From NCBI RefSeq assembly GCF_006345805.1, contig NC_043006.1:40858001-40922000 (forward strand): DNA of 64,000 nt, given 5' to 3'. Source of the stretch: Octopus sinensis. Lineage: Eukaryota. The notes below the pieces were generated by a model that had not been told where the DNA came from, did not search any database, and worked only from the letters and a program-made list of their open reading frames with translations. The position numbers were made by a program, and so were the translations under genes. Below are positions 1 to 14,899 of the stretch, in pieces; the first letter of the stretch is position 1, and each line of letters begins with the position of its first letter.

Positions 1-189
1 ATGAAATAAGCGTAAGAAGCATGCGCGCTCAAATACACAAGATAAATAATATATTAAAAAAAACGAAAATTATAGAGATCAAAACACGAATAAGAAAAAC
101 TAACAGAAACATAAAAAAAGGGTAAAAAGCAAAGACTTCAGTTGTGGATGTGGATGGACTGAATGAAAGAGAAGGTTTATTTTGCGATT

Positions 190-555
190 AATGTATATGT
201 GAATATCGTGTATAAGTCGAGTGCCTAATTTCATGTTAAATCTTGCTACAAAATATTTTCCTTTCATAGTTTTAACACTGTCACGTGTATAGCTCGTATC
301 GAGTTTTTTTTTTTTTTGCTGCTAAAATCAGTATAAAATAGTGTTATTTATACATGAGTAAATAGTTTCAGCTTTGCCCCGTATATAAATCGCAGCCCAG
401 TCACTTTTTTTTTTCATAGTTAGAATCAAATAAAAAGCCCGACTTATATACACGTAAATAGTTTCAGCTTTGCTCCGTGTATTAGTTGCATCCCACTTTT
501 CTCAGGTGAAATCAAATATAAAATAGATCGACTTATACACAAGTAACTACGATAC
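190..555. mobile_element. pogo/Tigger-like MITE remnant
   Basis: Inverted ends GTGTATAAGTCGA (208-220) / TCGACTTATACAC (528-540), with an internal repeat of the subterminal segment. Confidence 0.45.
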
Positions 556-900
556 GATGTTTCTGATAATGAGACGTTGCTTTACAATGTTTACTATCAA
601 TGGGTATTTAATTGTCCCCTCGGTTACGATCGCTGATACTAGACCCTCACTTCCCTGACTGATCAGATTTACTTACAGATGTTCAGGCTGGGTCCTATTT
701 GAACCAATCTAAAAGGTCCTTTAAGATCATGAGTGTTGATCTCTCTCTTTCTCTTTCCTCTAATTTAAAAAAAAAAGAAGATAACTACGGAAACAATAAA
801 CAACGCCACAAAAATGTAATATCGCTAATTAAATAGGAAAATAGATTATAGGTATGCCTTTCTGTTACATTTTATCTCTTATTTGTCATTATTAAGCATT

Positions 901-1670
901 TGAAGGCGGCGAGCTAGTAGAATCGTCCTTACGTTCTGAGTTCAAATTCAGCCGAGGTCGATTTTGCTTTTCATCCTTTCGGAGTCGATAAAATAAATAC
1001 CAGTTACGCACTGGGGTCGATGTAATCGACTTAATCCGTTTAAAGGCGGCGAGCTGGCAGAAACGTTAGCACGCCGGGCGAAATGCGTAGCCGTAGTTCG
1101 TCTACCGTTACATTCTGAGTTCAAATTTCGCCGAGGTCGACTTTGCCTTTCATCCTTTCGTGGTCGATAAATTAAGTACCAGTTACGCACTGGGGTCGAT
1201 GTAATCGACTTAATCCGTTTGTCTGTCCTTGTTTGTCCTCTCTGTGTTTAGCCCCTTGTGGGTAGTAAAGAAATAGGTATACCTTTCTCTTACATTTATC
1301 TTTTATTTGTCATTATTAAGCATTTGAAGGCGGTGAGCTAGTAGAATCGTCCTTACGTTCTGAGTTCAAACTCCGCCGAGGTCGATTTTGCTTTTCATCC
1401 TTTCGGGGGTCGATAAAATAAATACCAATTGATCACTGGGATCGATGTAACTAACTAACTTACCCCCTACCCCGAAACCGCTGGCTTGTGAAACCATTAT
1501 TAAACATCTGAAGGGTGTTAGAGCGTCGAACAAAGCCTTGTGCTATATCTTCCGGTTCCTTACACCGAGTTCAAATTCTGCCGAGTCGGAAAATAAGTAT
1601 CAGTTGAGCAGTGGGGGTGACGTAATCGACTAGCCCCCACCCCCAAACGCTTGAGGCCTTGTGCCAAAAT
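901..1670 (+). mobile_element. Cluster of CORE-type tRNA-derived SINEs (one full copy at about 1043-1277, three partial)
   Basis: GGCGGCGAGCTGGCAG head, GAGTTCAAAT B-box, CORE-like GAGGTCGACTTTGCCTTTCATCCTTTCG...AAGTACCAG. Confidence 0.85.
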
Positions 1671-2334
1671 TTGAAATAATTTATGTTACATTCCTGGCAA
1701 ATAAACTCTTCAAAGAAATCTCTAGCTGAAGTTGGAGATTTTATGATTATAAAATGAGCTTCCTTTCCAACAAGATTATAAAGAAATCATTGCAAATGGG
1801 AGATATCGATCATGACTAAAATTATGGCTTATTGAGAGCCTTGAAATTTTAAATGAACACTAAGGCTTCAGCTATATGTTCTTAATGTAGCATTTCAAGC
1901 TATACTCAAAAGTAGGACGGGATGGGGTTCGCAGCATAAAGCAATGACGAAGACCGCCGCTGTTCTATATCAACAATTGGCTAGAAACCCCTGGATGCCA
2001 CATCTAGTAACCACACAGAAACTCAGGAATAGTAAATAAGAAAACAAATAATAATACATTTCAATGAAAATTTTTGAACCTACAAGCATTCGAATGAGCA
2101 CCAAATAAAAATATATTTGTATATATTATACAAGTTATCCTTCAAATCATCGAGCATAAACCGCTGTGCAACATCTACAAGGAACTCAATAATCGTTTGA
2201 CTAGTGTGTGTGTGTGTGTGTGCGCGCACGCGTGAGTGTCTCTGTTTTTATATGACAGATGTGTGTATATGTAGATATCCATCTATTCATCTATCCATCC
2301 ATCCATCCATTCATCCATCCTCTCTGCTCACTAT

Positions 2335-2545
2335 TCCTGGGAGAGTCGTGGGGGTTCTCAGGTACTTCCTCCGTAGGGTCTAACAGACGCAACCATCATT
2401 ACACTTTCCGGCTCCATTCCCAAGTGCGTCCAACTGAGATTATGGATATTAACCAACCATCTCGTTCTTGGATTCCCCTAGGTTTCCTACCTGTTGGCCC
2501 GGTTTGATGAATCCGTGCTGTTGTTCTTTCCTGACCTCTCAGAGC
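2335..2545 (-). mobile_element. RTE-clade LINE 3' end fragment
   Basis: Frameshifted translation TGRKPRG/PRTRWLVNIHNLSWTHLGMEPE resembles the RTE C-terminal GKRPRGRPRTRW motif. Confidence 0.6.
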
Positions 2546-3821
2546 ATATATGTATATATAGAGAGAAAGCAAAACAAAACATGAGACTTTTCTATAAGAC
2601 ATTCAGTTACATCGGCTTACGTGCATTTCATTAACATAAGGTGATAATTAGTTATATACTGTATATTGCATAATCAAAACAATGTCGAATCGTCAGAGAC
2701 GTATAACATTTATACGTAATACTACTGGCTTGAGAAGGTGGCTGAATTTACCATCGTGGAAATGGCTTGAAACTGTCGTAGAAGTACTATTGGACGTATG
2801 TAACGTATGCCCAGTAGAACTTTGGTGTTAAATGAGGGACATAATTTACAACAAAATAGAGGATGAATAGACAGGAGAATGTTATGAGAACGTCCATGAA
2901 ATAGATGTCTGGTCATTTTCCGATTGACAGTTTTATTGTTTCGTCTTAGGATTTACTTTGCTTGGGTATTTGTTAAGCTTAGACTGGCATAAACTATTTG
3001 GCGACGGATACATAGATGTGTATGTGTGTATATGTGTTTGTTGTGTGTGTATTTGTGTGCGCGCACGCGCGTGTGGTATAAATATATTTATCTACACATA
3101 CAAACGTACACTTACAACATACTTGTACATATGGTGTGTGTGTGTGTGTATATCTATATATATATGTATATGTTGAATAGTGTTGAATGAATGAGAGTAG
3201 TGCTGAATACATGTTATAGAGTATATGGGCAACTGAAACTGAATGCTTACTTCACGAATCGAGTTGTATACCGTTGCAATCTTCAAGTGTTGTCGCCTGA
3301 AGATCGCAATGACACACACAAAAAAATTCACGTATATATACATACATATACATATACATACATGTACATAGACACATATACATACACAAATCTGTATATA
3401 GATACATATATGCATACTTACACACACACACACACACTCGCACACACATGTACGCAAATATATATATACACATACATACAACTGCCCATTTGTCATATAT
3501 TTATTAAATTTATTTCTTCTATAAACAGCATCGGTTCATAAAATCATCACATTTTCTCGGTTTTCCTTCCTTTCTTCTCTGATTCAATTCCTAAACGAAC
3601 TGACTTATACAAATCACTCTGAGTTAGATACAATGAACTAAGGCAGGTATAGGACTAGAAGAGAGTAATCAGTCCTTAAAAATCCTTACACTAAATACAT
3701 ATTCTGTGCCTTCTTCGGGAAATTTCAATCTCGCGCTTAACGAGTTCAAGTAACAAAGGTTCAGAAATCACGTATGTTGACACCTTAATCAATTTGACAA
3801 GAATTGCGTTCTCTCCACCTC

Positions 3822-3891
<70 letters not shown>

Positions 3892-4020
3892 GGTTTGTGT
3901 GAGTGGGAGGAGCTTGAATGTAAGAAATAGGAGCACAATATTGGACTAATAGACTTAGACTATCCTTGGGTGGTCTCTTGTTGGCGTCCTGTGCTATACG
4001 TGGAGGTAAATAAGGGGCGA

Positions 4021-4113
4021 GGAGGAGGAGGAGGAGGAAGAAGAAGAAGAAGAAGAAGAAGAAGAAGAAGAAGAAGAAGAAGAAGAAGAAGAAGAAGAAG
4101 AAGAAGAAGAAGA
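4021..4113 (+). repeat. (GGA)n(GAA)n purine microsatellite
   Basis: Pure GAA run seen directly; explains the poly-R and poly-F ORFs. Confidence 0.95.
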
Positions 4114-4499
4114 AATGAAAAAATGTTGGAATGGTCTGTGTTGGAATGTCTTTGACCGTCAATCTGCTAATGCTAGATCAGACTTTTGTGTGTCTATATT
4201 TATGTAAGCATTAAATCTCCGTAAAGAAACGTTGGTCTCTGTAACATCCAGTTCTGGTGCCTTAAACACGGCGAAGGTATACTGCGATGGCTCTTAAATC
4301 TTCTCAGGTACATTAAACTTTTTTCTATTTTAAATAAGAAATGGACGTTAGAGACAGCGATAGAGAAATTATTGCTTTTAATGGAGAAAGAACTTTTGTA
4401 ATCGGTTTAAAGATATCTTTCTCCCTTTTGTTTCCGGTTTAAAGATATCTTTCTCCCTTCCACCGGCGCTGTTATTCCTTCTATCTTTTAACCTATATT

Positions 4500-4826
4500 T
4501 TTTTTTACTTGTTTCAGCGGTCCTGCTGGGACACCGCCTCGACCCCAGCATTAACTTTTGTTGAAGTGTGATACTTGTGTCAGTCCCTTCTCGCCAAACT
4601 GCTAGCTTACGAAGACATGGTGGGGGACAAACACAAACAGTAAACACACACACACCCACATGCGAAGGGCTTCTTTCAGTTTCCATCTACCAAATCCACT
4701 CACAAGGCTTTGGTCGGCACGGGGTTATGGTAGAAGATACTTGCCCAAGGTACCACGCAGTGGGACTGAACTGAGAACGATGTGGTGGGAAGCGAAAGTC
4801 TTACCTCGCAACCACACCTGCACCTC
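4500..4826 (-). mobile_element. Family-A tRNA-derived SINE (OK-like), decayed
   Basis: Reverse complement of the 12768-13255 element. Confidence 0.8.
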
Positions 4827-5350
4827 ATAGATAAAAAAGAAATTATCCCTTTGCACTCTTTATTTTAATTAAATTCTTATATGCTAATTAGTTACAAATA
4901 TTTTTATGTCGCATACTGGAAACAAACTAACGAGTAATCCGCTACATGGTCGCTCGAAATAGCAGTGAAATCTCTCTGAAATCACTCACTATGCAGCGGC
5001 GTAGCGAGGAGGAGCAGCCCGCCCCGGGTGACGCTTTAATGAAAGCAGCACTTGTGGGTCTGTTGTGTATACATGTATTGTCTTCTAGGATGACGTTGGC
5101 AAACTCAAGATCTACCCTAGACGGTACATGTTCTTACTATGGCAAAGTATTACAGTTTTAAATAAGGGGGTGGGGAAATGCGCTGAATAACGTAGCCTTA
5201 CCAAAAAAGAACGATGTGGTGGCCAAGGCTGGAATATTCTTGATCATGAGTCAACTCGACCGAGGCTAAAGATCAACATTCTACAAACACCGTGGATTTA
5301 TTTAAACCGTCGTCGTCGTGGTCGTCGTCATCATGATCATCATTATCCTC

Positions 5351-5400
<50 letters not shown>

Positions 5401-5845
5401 TATCATCATCACCATCTTCATCACGAAGGGACTTTCACCGAAACTGCCTTTAAAACAGACTAAATAATTATGGAAACGTTTCCAAAATACACCACGATAT
5501 TGAATTCGTCGAAAAAGAAATGTGTTCTATGCTTCCATATATATATATATATACTGACCACCATTCACCGAGTACACTTGGTGCATATTCAATGAGAAAA
5601 CAGTTAAGTAATAATAATAATAATAATTTCATATATATATATATATAACTGGCTGGTCTTGACTCCACTCATGCAGATACTCTAACAACGATTTGGAGTA
5701 GTTTGACTCGAGTCGAAAATTCTGGTACCGTGCTCCGCTTCTTATATATACATATACATATATATATACATATATACATATATGTGTGTGTGTGTATGTA
5801 TATATGTATATATACATATACATATACATACATATCTAGCTAACC

Positions 5846-5897
<52 letters not shown>

Positions 5898-6301
5898 ATA
5901 TATATATATATATATATACATGTGTGTGTGTGCACTTTGAAGCTTAACACGTCACTCTTTCAGGATTATTATTCGGGGAAAATGAATATGTATCGGCAGG
6001 GGAGCGGCAAACTCTAGGGCTACCCCCGAGCAACACACGTTTTAGTCACACCACTGGTATATATTGCTTTGTGTTTGTGTGCAGAGAGAAAGAGAAAGAG
6101 AACAGGCGGGTGGTGGTGAGAATGCAGTGCTGTTTAATTGGCTAAAGGTTTGGTCAAAGAATTCTAGATCTGGATCCGATTCCCGACTGGAGTTATTTTA
6201 CATCACATCTGCTTCTTTCATGCACGGGGAGAAGCTTTAGCGTTTCGTTTCACTTCTCCCTACACAGACATACATACACTATACACTGATACATACATAT
6301 G

Positions 6302-6351
<50 letters not shown>

Positions 6352-6354
<3 letters not shown>

Positions 6355-6540
6355 AATAATGAAGGGTGAAATTAATTAATTTGGAAAAATTATCAATTAC
6401 ACCAAGTAGTCTTCGGCATGTAAAAGCCTCATTCGAGGAAAATTTAAGTAATACTAAGCAATAAAGGTTAGCAACGAGTTGCCTTACCACATACCGAATT
6501 TAGAAATAGCAGTCAAAGGTTATAGCTACTTCTTCTACTA
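6352..6540 (-). mobile_element. Short PLE-type terminal-repeat element with non-canonical HHR-like motif
   Basis: Near-identical reverse complement of 28640-28830. Confidence 0.6.
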
Positions 6541-6560
6541 TATAATATATATATATACAT

Positions 6561-6597
<37 letters not shown>

Positions 6598-6659
6598 CGT
6601 ATATATATATGAATGTGTGTATATATATACGTATATATATGTATTATATATGTATATAC

Positions 6660-6692
<33 letters not shown>

Positions 6693-7507
6693 CACACACA
6701 ATTTGCTTTTAATTACTCTGAGGAAGCTATAAGATAATGCACATGCACTCAGCTCTCAGTACACTGCATCTTATGAACGAAACAGCTGTAAGGTAGTGAA
6801 CTTGATTACACTGTTCCTCTTCTCTGTCATCCAATTATATATATATGTGTGTGTGTGTTTGTGTGTGTGTATTTGTGTGTGTGTGTGTGTTTGTGTGTGT
6901 GGTGTGTGTTTGTGTGTGTGTGTGTACATACATACATACATACAAACATTCAAACATACATAAATGCATTACTAAGTATGTGCGTGTATGTCATGTGTGT
7001 TTGTGTGTGTGTGTGTGTGTGTATCCCTGTGTGTATATAATTTTATTAAAAATTGTGACAGTTTACTCCGAGTCCTCATCGTTTATAGTCTCAATGAGCC
7101 GCTGAGACAAAGGTTACACTTGACTAATTTAATTTCTTATGATGTAACATTTTGGTTTGATTTTTTTGTTTGTATTGAGTTCTGTATCAGATAATATCGT
7201 AAACGATGTTTATAATGCCCCATATATGATAAACACCTGAACATTACACGAATATACATCTATATACATCTATACGTATATATGTGTATGTGCGTGTGTT
7301 TGTGTGGGTGTGTATGTGTGTATGCGTATCCATACGTACGTACATACATATATACAGACATGTATATGAATTGTTTTTAACGGGAAAAATCCAAGTCTAA
7401 AATGTTACATCCAAATGGTTTTCTCATTAAAAATGATTTCATGTCTCACGAAAATTCCAAATACTTATGACGTAAGCAATATACATATATATATATTATT
7501 CACATAC

Positions 7508-7566
<59 letters not shown>

Positions 7567-7627
7567 TGTATATATATATATATATCAATGGAGTTTAACG
7601 CAGGTATAAACCAAATACTTTACTTTC

Positions 7628-7705
7628 GACACATGTTTCGAAGATTCACTGATATTATTCAAAAGAATAAATGGTATAAAACAATGCAATCTTCTCTTCA
7701 GGGAA
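7628..7705 (-). ncRNA. Type I hammerhead ribozyme motif with extended stem II
   Basis: CUGAAGA (7695-7701 rc), stem II GAAGAUU/AAUCUUC, then GAAAC-AUGU-GUC. Confidence 0.65.
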
Positions 7706-7812
7706 GTGAAAACAAGGAGTTACAACCTCTTTACTTGTGTGAATTTTTGCTACCTTGGTAACTATTTATTTATTTTTTCCGTGTTAATTGTTAACAAGGC
7801 CAAAATACACTC

Positions 7813-7846
<34 letters not shown>

Positions 7847-8145
7847 AGGTTAATCCAAACGGGAAAACAGAAAACAACAACACACGTGGAACAATTACAG
7901 TATTATTATTATTAGGCGCTCAGGAAAATGGAAGAAGGAGGGTATGACGTTCGAGCGGAGCTCTTCGTCGGAAACATAGGAGAAAGAAAGATCCCGAGAC
8001 GGGAGGACAGAGGAAAAAAAATTGCAGGTAGTCTTCACGAGGTCACATACTATATATATATATAGATATATATATAATATATATATATATGAAAAATAAT
8101 AAATATATATATACACTATATAACTAAAATAATAATATATACATA

Positions 8146-8192
<47 letters not shown>

Positions 8193-8224
8193 TATATATT
8201 TAAATATATGCATGCATAATATGT

Positions 8225-8266
<42 letters not shown>

Positions 8267-8288
8267 ATATATATATATATATAATATA

Positions 8289-8328
<40 letters not shown>

Positions 8329-8479
8329 CAAAATGCAATATCAATGGTTTATTTAGCTTACACGTGTTTCGAAGAATTTACCACCATATACCAGTTTTCA
8401 CATTTAATTGAGCCTTGATTTTATCGATTAATTAACTAGAACTACAAAACTTCTAACTGCCAACCATTAATATGCTGTA

Positions 8480-8840
8480 TATATTGTTGTTGGCATTCTT
8501 TTGTCTCGGGAGACAATGGAGTTGCGCATAAACTAATCCAGTCTGGCTTTTACCTTTCATGTCCTCTCCAGTTTCCTCTTCTGTTTTGCGCAGGCCTGGG
8601 CTAGATGTAAGAAAATCCTGGGTAGCCCAATCGTCAGGAATCCTCTCTCGACCTTGCTGATGTATTCCAAAAGGAGTGCAGAACATTACGTTTGGCACCA
8701 GCTTGGTTGCAGGAGCTGCCGGAAGAGTGTCGAGTCGAACACTAAACCGCCTACGGGGCTCCATGCCGGATTTCTTTGAAGGTTGTCTCCTTTCCGTAAC
8801 CCTGGATAGGGGCCCATACCGGGTACTGTCAGCCGGGGCC
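8480..8840 (-). mobile_element. RTE-type LINE 5' UTR fragment
   Basis: AAATCCGGCATGGAGCCCCGTAGGCGG...GGCAGCTCCTGCAACCAAGCTGGTGCCAAACGT resembles RTE 5' UTR motifs as recalled; not searched. Confidence 0.5.
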
Positions 8841-8916
8841 AGCAACAACAACAACAACAATATATATTTATCTCTCTCTCTACCTATCTATCTATCTATC
8901 TATATCTATATCTATA

Positions 8917-8954
<38 letters not shown>

Positions 8955-9129
8955 CATACATACTTGCCAACATACATAAATATATGTCTATACGAATAAC
9001 AGACACACACGCGCACGCACACACACACATACACACACACACACAAAGAAGTACACACCTATTTTATTTTCAGGTTATCTTCGGATTTTAAATTATTCGT
9101 TAATTTTTGACCAATGACATTTCTTGAGA

Positions 9130-9950
9130 CCAACAACACTTCGCCATGTTTAACCGTTTCCGTTTTGCGAGGACATCACTAAAAAAAAAAAAGAACCAAC
9201 AACAAAAAAAAACAAAAAAAAAAAACGAAAACGAATGTACCCCCCAACCACCACCGCCACCACCACCACCACCACCACTACCACTGCTACCATTACCATT
9301 ACTGACCAAAAAAAAAAAAAGGGCGGCGTTTAATACCCAACTAATCAATGAGAAAACAACCACACACACACAAAAAAAAAGTTTACGAAAAATATATTTA
9401 AAAGAAAAACTTGTACATAGCTTTGTTTAAATGCACAAACGTCACAATGTCCCGTTTCCGCCCCGATCCCTTTGTATTATATATTACGAATAAATAAATT
9501 TTAAAAACTGTGACGTCACTTCCTTTGTAATAAAAAAAACTTCAACATACAAACTGTACATGGGTCATATTCAAAGTGTAAAAAGACTTGTGGAACATAT
9601 TTTTGACCCACATAACGTCCCCACCCTAACCCCAGCCGCAACCCCCCTTTACCTACCACCACAGCCCCGTTCACCCAACCACCTACCCTCAATTGATGTT
9701 CTTTTAATTAACATTTCGTTGTTGTTTATATATATATTTTTTTTTCTTTACATTTCTTGTTTTTGTTTTTGTTCTTATTTTTTAGAACGGATTTTAAAAA
9801 AGAAAATGTTTAAATAAAATAAAAGATAAAAACAAATATATCAATATATTGCAACTTATTCCTTGATTCTTTTTTTTTACCTACTCTCCCGCCTCCCCAC
9901 GTCCCACGATCCACGAACACGTCATTAAACGTTCCGAGTATTTGAAATAT
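9130..9950. promoter_or_regulatory. Candidate promoter motif cluster
   Basis: YY1-like CGCCATGTT (about 9143), GC box CCGCCCC (about 9458), CRE+ETS composite TGACGTCACTTCC (9511-9523). Confidence 0.3.
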
Positions 9951-9956
9951 ACACTG

Positions 9957-10850
9957 CACTCTTCTTCTTCTTCTTTTTTTTCTTTTTCTTTTTCTTTTTC
10001 TTTTTCTTTTTCTTTTTTCTTCTTTCTTCTTCTTCTTCTTCTTCTTTTCTTTCTTCTACTACTACTACTTCTTTTTCTCTTCTTTCTTCTCTTCTTTACT
10101 ACTTACTACTTCTTCTTCTTCTCCTACTACTCCTCTTTTTCTCTTCTTCTTTTCTTCTCTACTACTACTACTCTACTCTTCTTTTTTCTATACTACTTCT
10201 TTTTCTTCTTCTTCTTCTTCTTCTACTACTACTACTACTACTTCTTCTTTTCTTCTACTACTACTACTTCTTTTTCTCTTCTTCTTCTTCTTCTTCTACT
10301 ACTACTACTACTACTTCTTCTTTTCTTCTACTACTACTACTTCTTTTTCTCTTCTTCTTCTTCTCTTCCTACTACTATACTATACTTCTTTTTCTTCTAC
10401 TACTACTCTTCTTTTCTCTCTTCTTCTTTCTTCTACTCTACTACTTCTTTTCTCCTCTTCTTCTTCTTCTTCTACTACTACTACTCTTTTCTCTTCTTCT
10501 CTTCTTCTTCTACTACTACTACTTCTTTTTCCTTATCTTCTTCTTCTCTTTACTACTACTACTTACTTCTTCTTTTCTTCTACTACTACTACTTCTTCTC
10601 TTCTTCTTCTTCTTCTTCTTCTCTCTACTACTACTTCTTCTTTCTTCTTCTACTACTACTTCTTCTCTTCTTCTTTACTACTACTATATACTATATTACT
10701 ACTACTTATACTACTTATTCTTCTTTTTCTTTTCCTTCTTCTTCTTCTCTCTCTCCTTTCTTTTTCTCTCTCTCTCTCCTTTCTTTCTTTCTCTCTCTCT
10801 CTCCTTTCTTTCTTTCTCTCTCTCTCTCCTTTCTTTCTTTCTCTCTTTCC
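9957..10850 (+). repeat. Compound (CTT)n/(CTA)n/(CT)n low-complexity tract
   Basis: Seen directly; explains the 327-aa F/S/L/Y/T ORF. Confidence 0.95.
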
Positions 10851-10879
10851 TTTTTCTCGGTATTCGTTCCTGTTCTCCA

Positions 10880-11700
10880 TGCCCTGGGCTCAAATACCGC
10901 TGAGGGTCAACTTCGCCTTACATAATGTCGTGGTCAAAAAAGGAAATACCAGTTGAGTACCATGATTGAATCCGTGTCCCTGGGTTGTTACCAGGTCCCA
11001 AGAAGGCGACCATCTTGCTTTTGCTGCTAACGAGCAGGTTCGGACTAGGAGCTTCCAGTTTTACCAAAACCTGCCCCTACGGTCCTTATCCCATCGCTGT
11101 TGTGCTTTTGTAAAAAAAAAAAAAAAGTGGGGTGGAAGAGTTGGATCAAAAAGAAACCAGCCAATGGCGTGAGTTTGTTTAGGATGGAAATCTTGCTAAG
11201 AGGCACCCCCCCCCACGCACTATGGCCCAAAATCCTTCGGCTGCGGCACTACCTGGAGTGACATGCGAGGTCTGGAAGATGGGTTGCAAGGAATGCCACT
11301 AGCTTCAATGTCATTAGAGTTGCGCCTTTCTAGCCGGTCCGTCTGGCATTGCCCTCTTCTGCTAGGATGAATCGTTGAGTTCGGAGATCTAGCTTCCTTC
11401 GCTTGATCCACCGCTGGAGTCTTAGTTTGGTGTGGTGAGGGACAAGGACAGCACTCCTGTGCCCTTGTTTGAACAGATCTTGTTTTTAGTTCAGATGGGT
11501 GCCCTCACACCCTCCTCCAAAAATCCAGCAAGCTGAAGCAAGAGGGGAGCCGGTTAAGTCGCCGGACGACCCGACCGTGACTGAGAGGAACGGGAGTACA
11601 TAGTTACCCATTGTCTCCAGGAAGAGACCACAGCACCACTGGAGAAATGGTGCATGGCTAATAAAAGAAGAGTTCCGCAACAGTATGGTGACATGAAATT
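10880..11700 (+). mobile_element. Probable HERO-like non-LTR element 5' region, preceded by a CORE-like segment
   Basis: LEKWCMANKRRVPQQYGD resembles the HERO N-terminal KWPxAxKxxEWxQFDED; weak. Confidence 0.3.
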
Positions 11701-12350
11701 TGAAAAGAGGAGCGTTAAATTTCTGCTCTTTGTTTGACTAATTTTTTACCGATGGGTTGTGTTTTATTATAATGTATTATATTTTTTGTTTGAATCCGTT
11801 AAACTTCAGAGCATTGATGTGTGTGGAATATTGTTAAAGCACGTTTCATTGTTGGATAGTTTGCAGAGTGTAAGCAATATGTTTTGGAGAGGTTTTCTTG
11901 TAAAACACTTGGTTAAATGAGGATTCGACAGCAGACATTTTATATCTGTGAAGACAATGACGGTCACCGAGTATATATGGGCATTTATTGGCAGTTACCA
12001 AAGTGTCGTGGGAACTGTTATTTGTTTGTGTTCACATTCACGAATTATTATCTGTAGAAATATTATCTGTAAGAACAAGCTTATTTGTAACGTAGCCAAG
12101 TAGAATATTATAAGTGCGGACCCGAGTAGAGAACTCGTGACTTCTTCGGCCAACTCACTGCAGATATGGTCGAACGGACAATGGAATAGAACTTTGTTTT
12201 GTGCTGGACAGAAGGATCAACATTTGCATGTTGATGCTTCTTTTGTTGTAGGATATATTAAACTTGATTAACATTGTACCTATAATTTACATTACAGGAA
12301 TATAATACCAAAGGGGCTTTATCAAAATTCGAAATGCTGCAAATTTAATT
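11700..12350 (-). mobile_element. Highly decayed Penelope-like RT fragment
   Basis: Fragmentary motifs in the expected order: TWLRY, QFPRHF, FTDINV, VFYKKT. Confidence 0.35.
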
Positions 12351-12499
12351 AGTTTTTTGTAAAAGTTCTATGAACAACGGCGGTGCATCAGCATGGCTGC
12401 AGCTCTGGGCTAAAACAAGAAAAACGAAAAAACGAGCTCATCTAACAAGCAGCATTTTTTTTTATCTCACTGAATCTGTCTGGTTCTTTATTTTGATAA

Positions 12500-13620
<1,121 letters not shown>

Positions 13621-13896
13621 AAGATGTTTCAGCCATTAGACTGCGGTCATACTGGAGCACTCTCTTGAAGATTTTTTTTTTTTTAGTCGAACGAATCGAC
13701 CCCAGTACATTTTTCCAAGCCAGGTACTTATTTTATCGTTTCTTTTTTTGCCGAAGAGCTTGGTTACAGGGACGTCAACAAACCAACACACGTTGCTAAG
13801 TGGTGGTGTAGGAGAAACACACACACACGCGCACGCACGCACACACACACATACATACAGACAGACATACATACAAACATACAGACATATATAATA

Positions 13897-14330
13897 TCTC
13901 TTATTATAAAAGGCAGATTTTATCTGCCTCCCTTTGGGAGTTATACAAATCTACAATATAGGATTTCTTCAATTACAATTTACCTACCATTTTTAAGAGT
14001 ACAATGCATCGCGTCATGCCAGGTCCAGTTTTTAAAATTTAAACTCCAATTAAGCAAAATTTACAGAAAACTCACATTCTGGTGTGTGTGTCAAATGCTT
14101 TTCTTAGTCTGGTTTACACCACACGCAAACGCACACACACAGTGGGCAACGAATAAAGTGAAACTAGATGTAATATTTGTTTCTCTCTATCACGCTGATA
14201 GATACATGAGTAAAATGTATGGGAAGCTAACACATAAGTGTGAGTGAAAATGTTCTTGGAAGAGAGTAAATAGCCAGAGATAGTGATTTGAGGAAGACTT
14301 TACATTAAATGGCTTGTGTTAGTAATAAAG
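13897..14330 (+). mobile_element. Helitron-like 5' terminus, no 3' end found
   Basis: A|TCTCTTATTATAAAAGGCAG start, similar to the 5' end of the element at 41867. Confidence 0.4.
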
Positions 14331-14349
14331 TAAACATACACTCATACAT

Positions 14350-14384
<35 letters not shown>

Positions 14385-14899
14385 TACATACATTCACACA
14401 CACATACATACATACACACATACATACATACATACATACATATACATACATACATATACATACATACATACATACACACACACACAGTATTGAAGCTTGA
14501 GAACAATCAGATACATTTGCAACACATCTGTTGAAAATATTATTGTTCACACACATACATATACATATATACATACAGACAGACAGACAGATAGACACAC
14601 ACACACACACACACATGATCCAGCATGGCCACAACCTCAAGGCTGAAACATATAAAAGAATAACAGAATATAAATGTGTGCATGTGTGTGAGAGAGAGAG
14701 TGTGTGTGTATATGTATGTATGTATGTATGTATATATAATAATGCGGTTTTTTCAACAGCTTGAACTAAAAGTCAGAGGGGAATGGGATAAACTACTTAT
14801 ATTAACTTGCTATAAAAGCAGGTAGTAATTTTATCTTGTCCTTATTCATAGTGCAAGTTTTGAAGAGTGCATTTCGATTTTAACAGCTATTTTTTTCAA

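Noticed and set aside
2399-2602. Possible exon
   Set aside because: Better explained as an RTE C-terminal remnant.
7940-7975. HHR at 7940-7975 and 40612-40645
   Set aside because: Core reads ACGAAGA rather than CUGANGA and one copy lacks an A of GAAA; kept only as decayed PLE-type repeats.
8453-8860. 135-aa ORF ending LVYAQL/NIYSIL, resembling an ITIM-bearing receptor tail and phase-compatible with the MASG exon
   Set aside because: The DNA resembles an RTE retrotransposon 5' UTR and the acceptor is weak, so the open frame is probably incidental. RNA-seq junctions would overturn this.
9942-10925. 327-aa hydrophobic ORF
   Set aside because: Translation of a CTT/CTA microsatellite.
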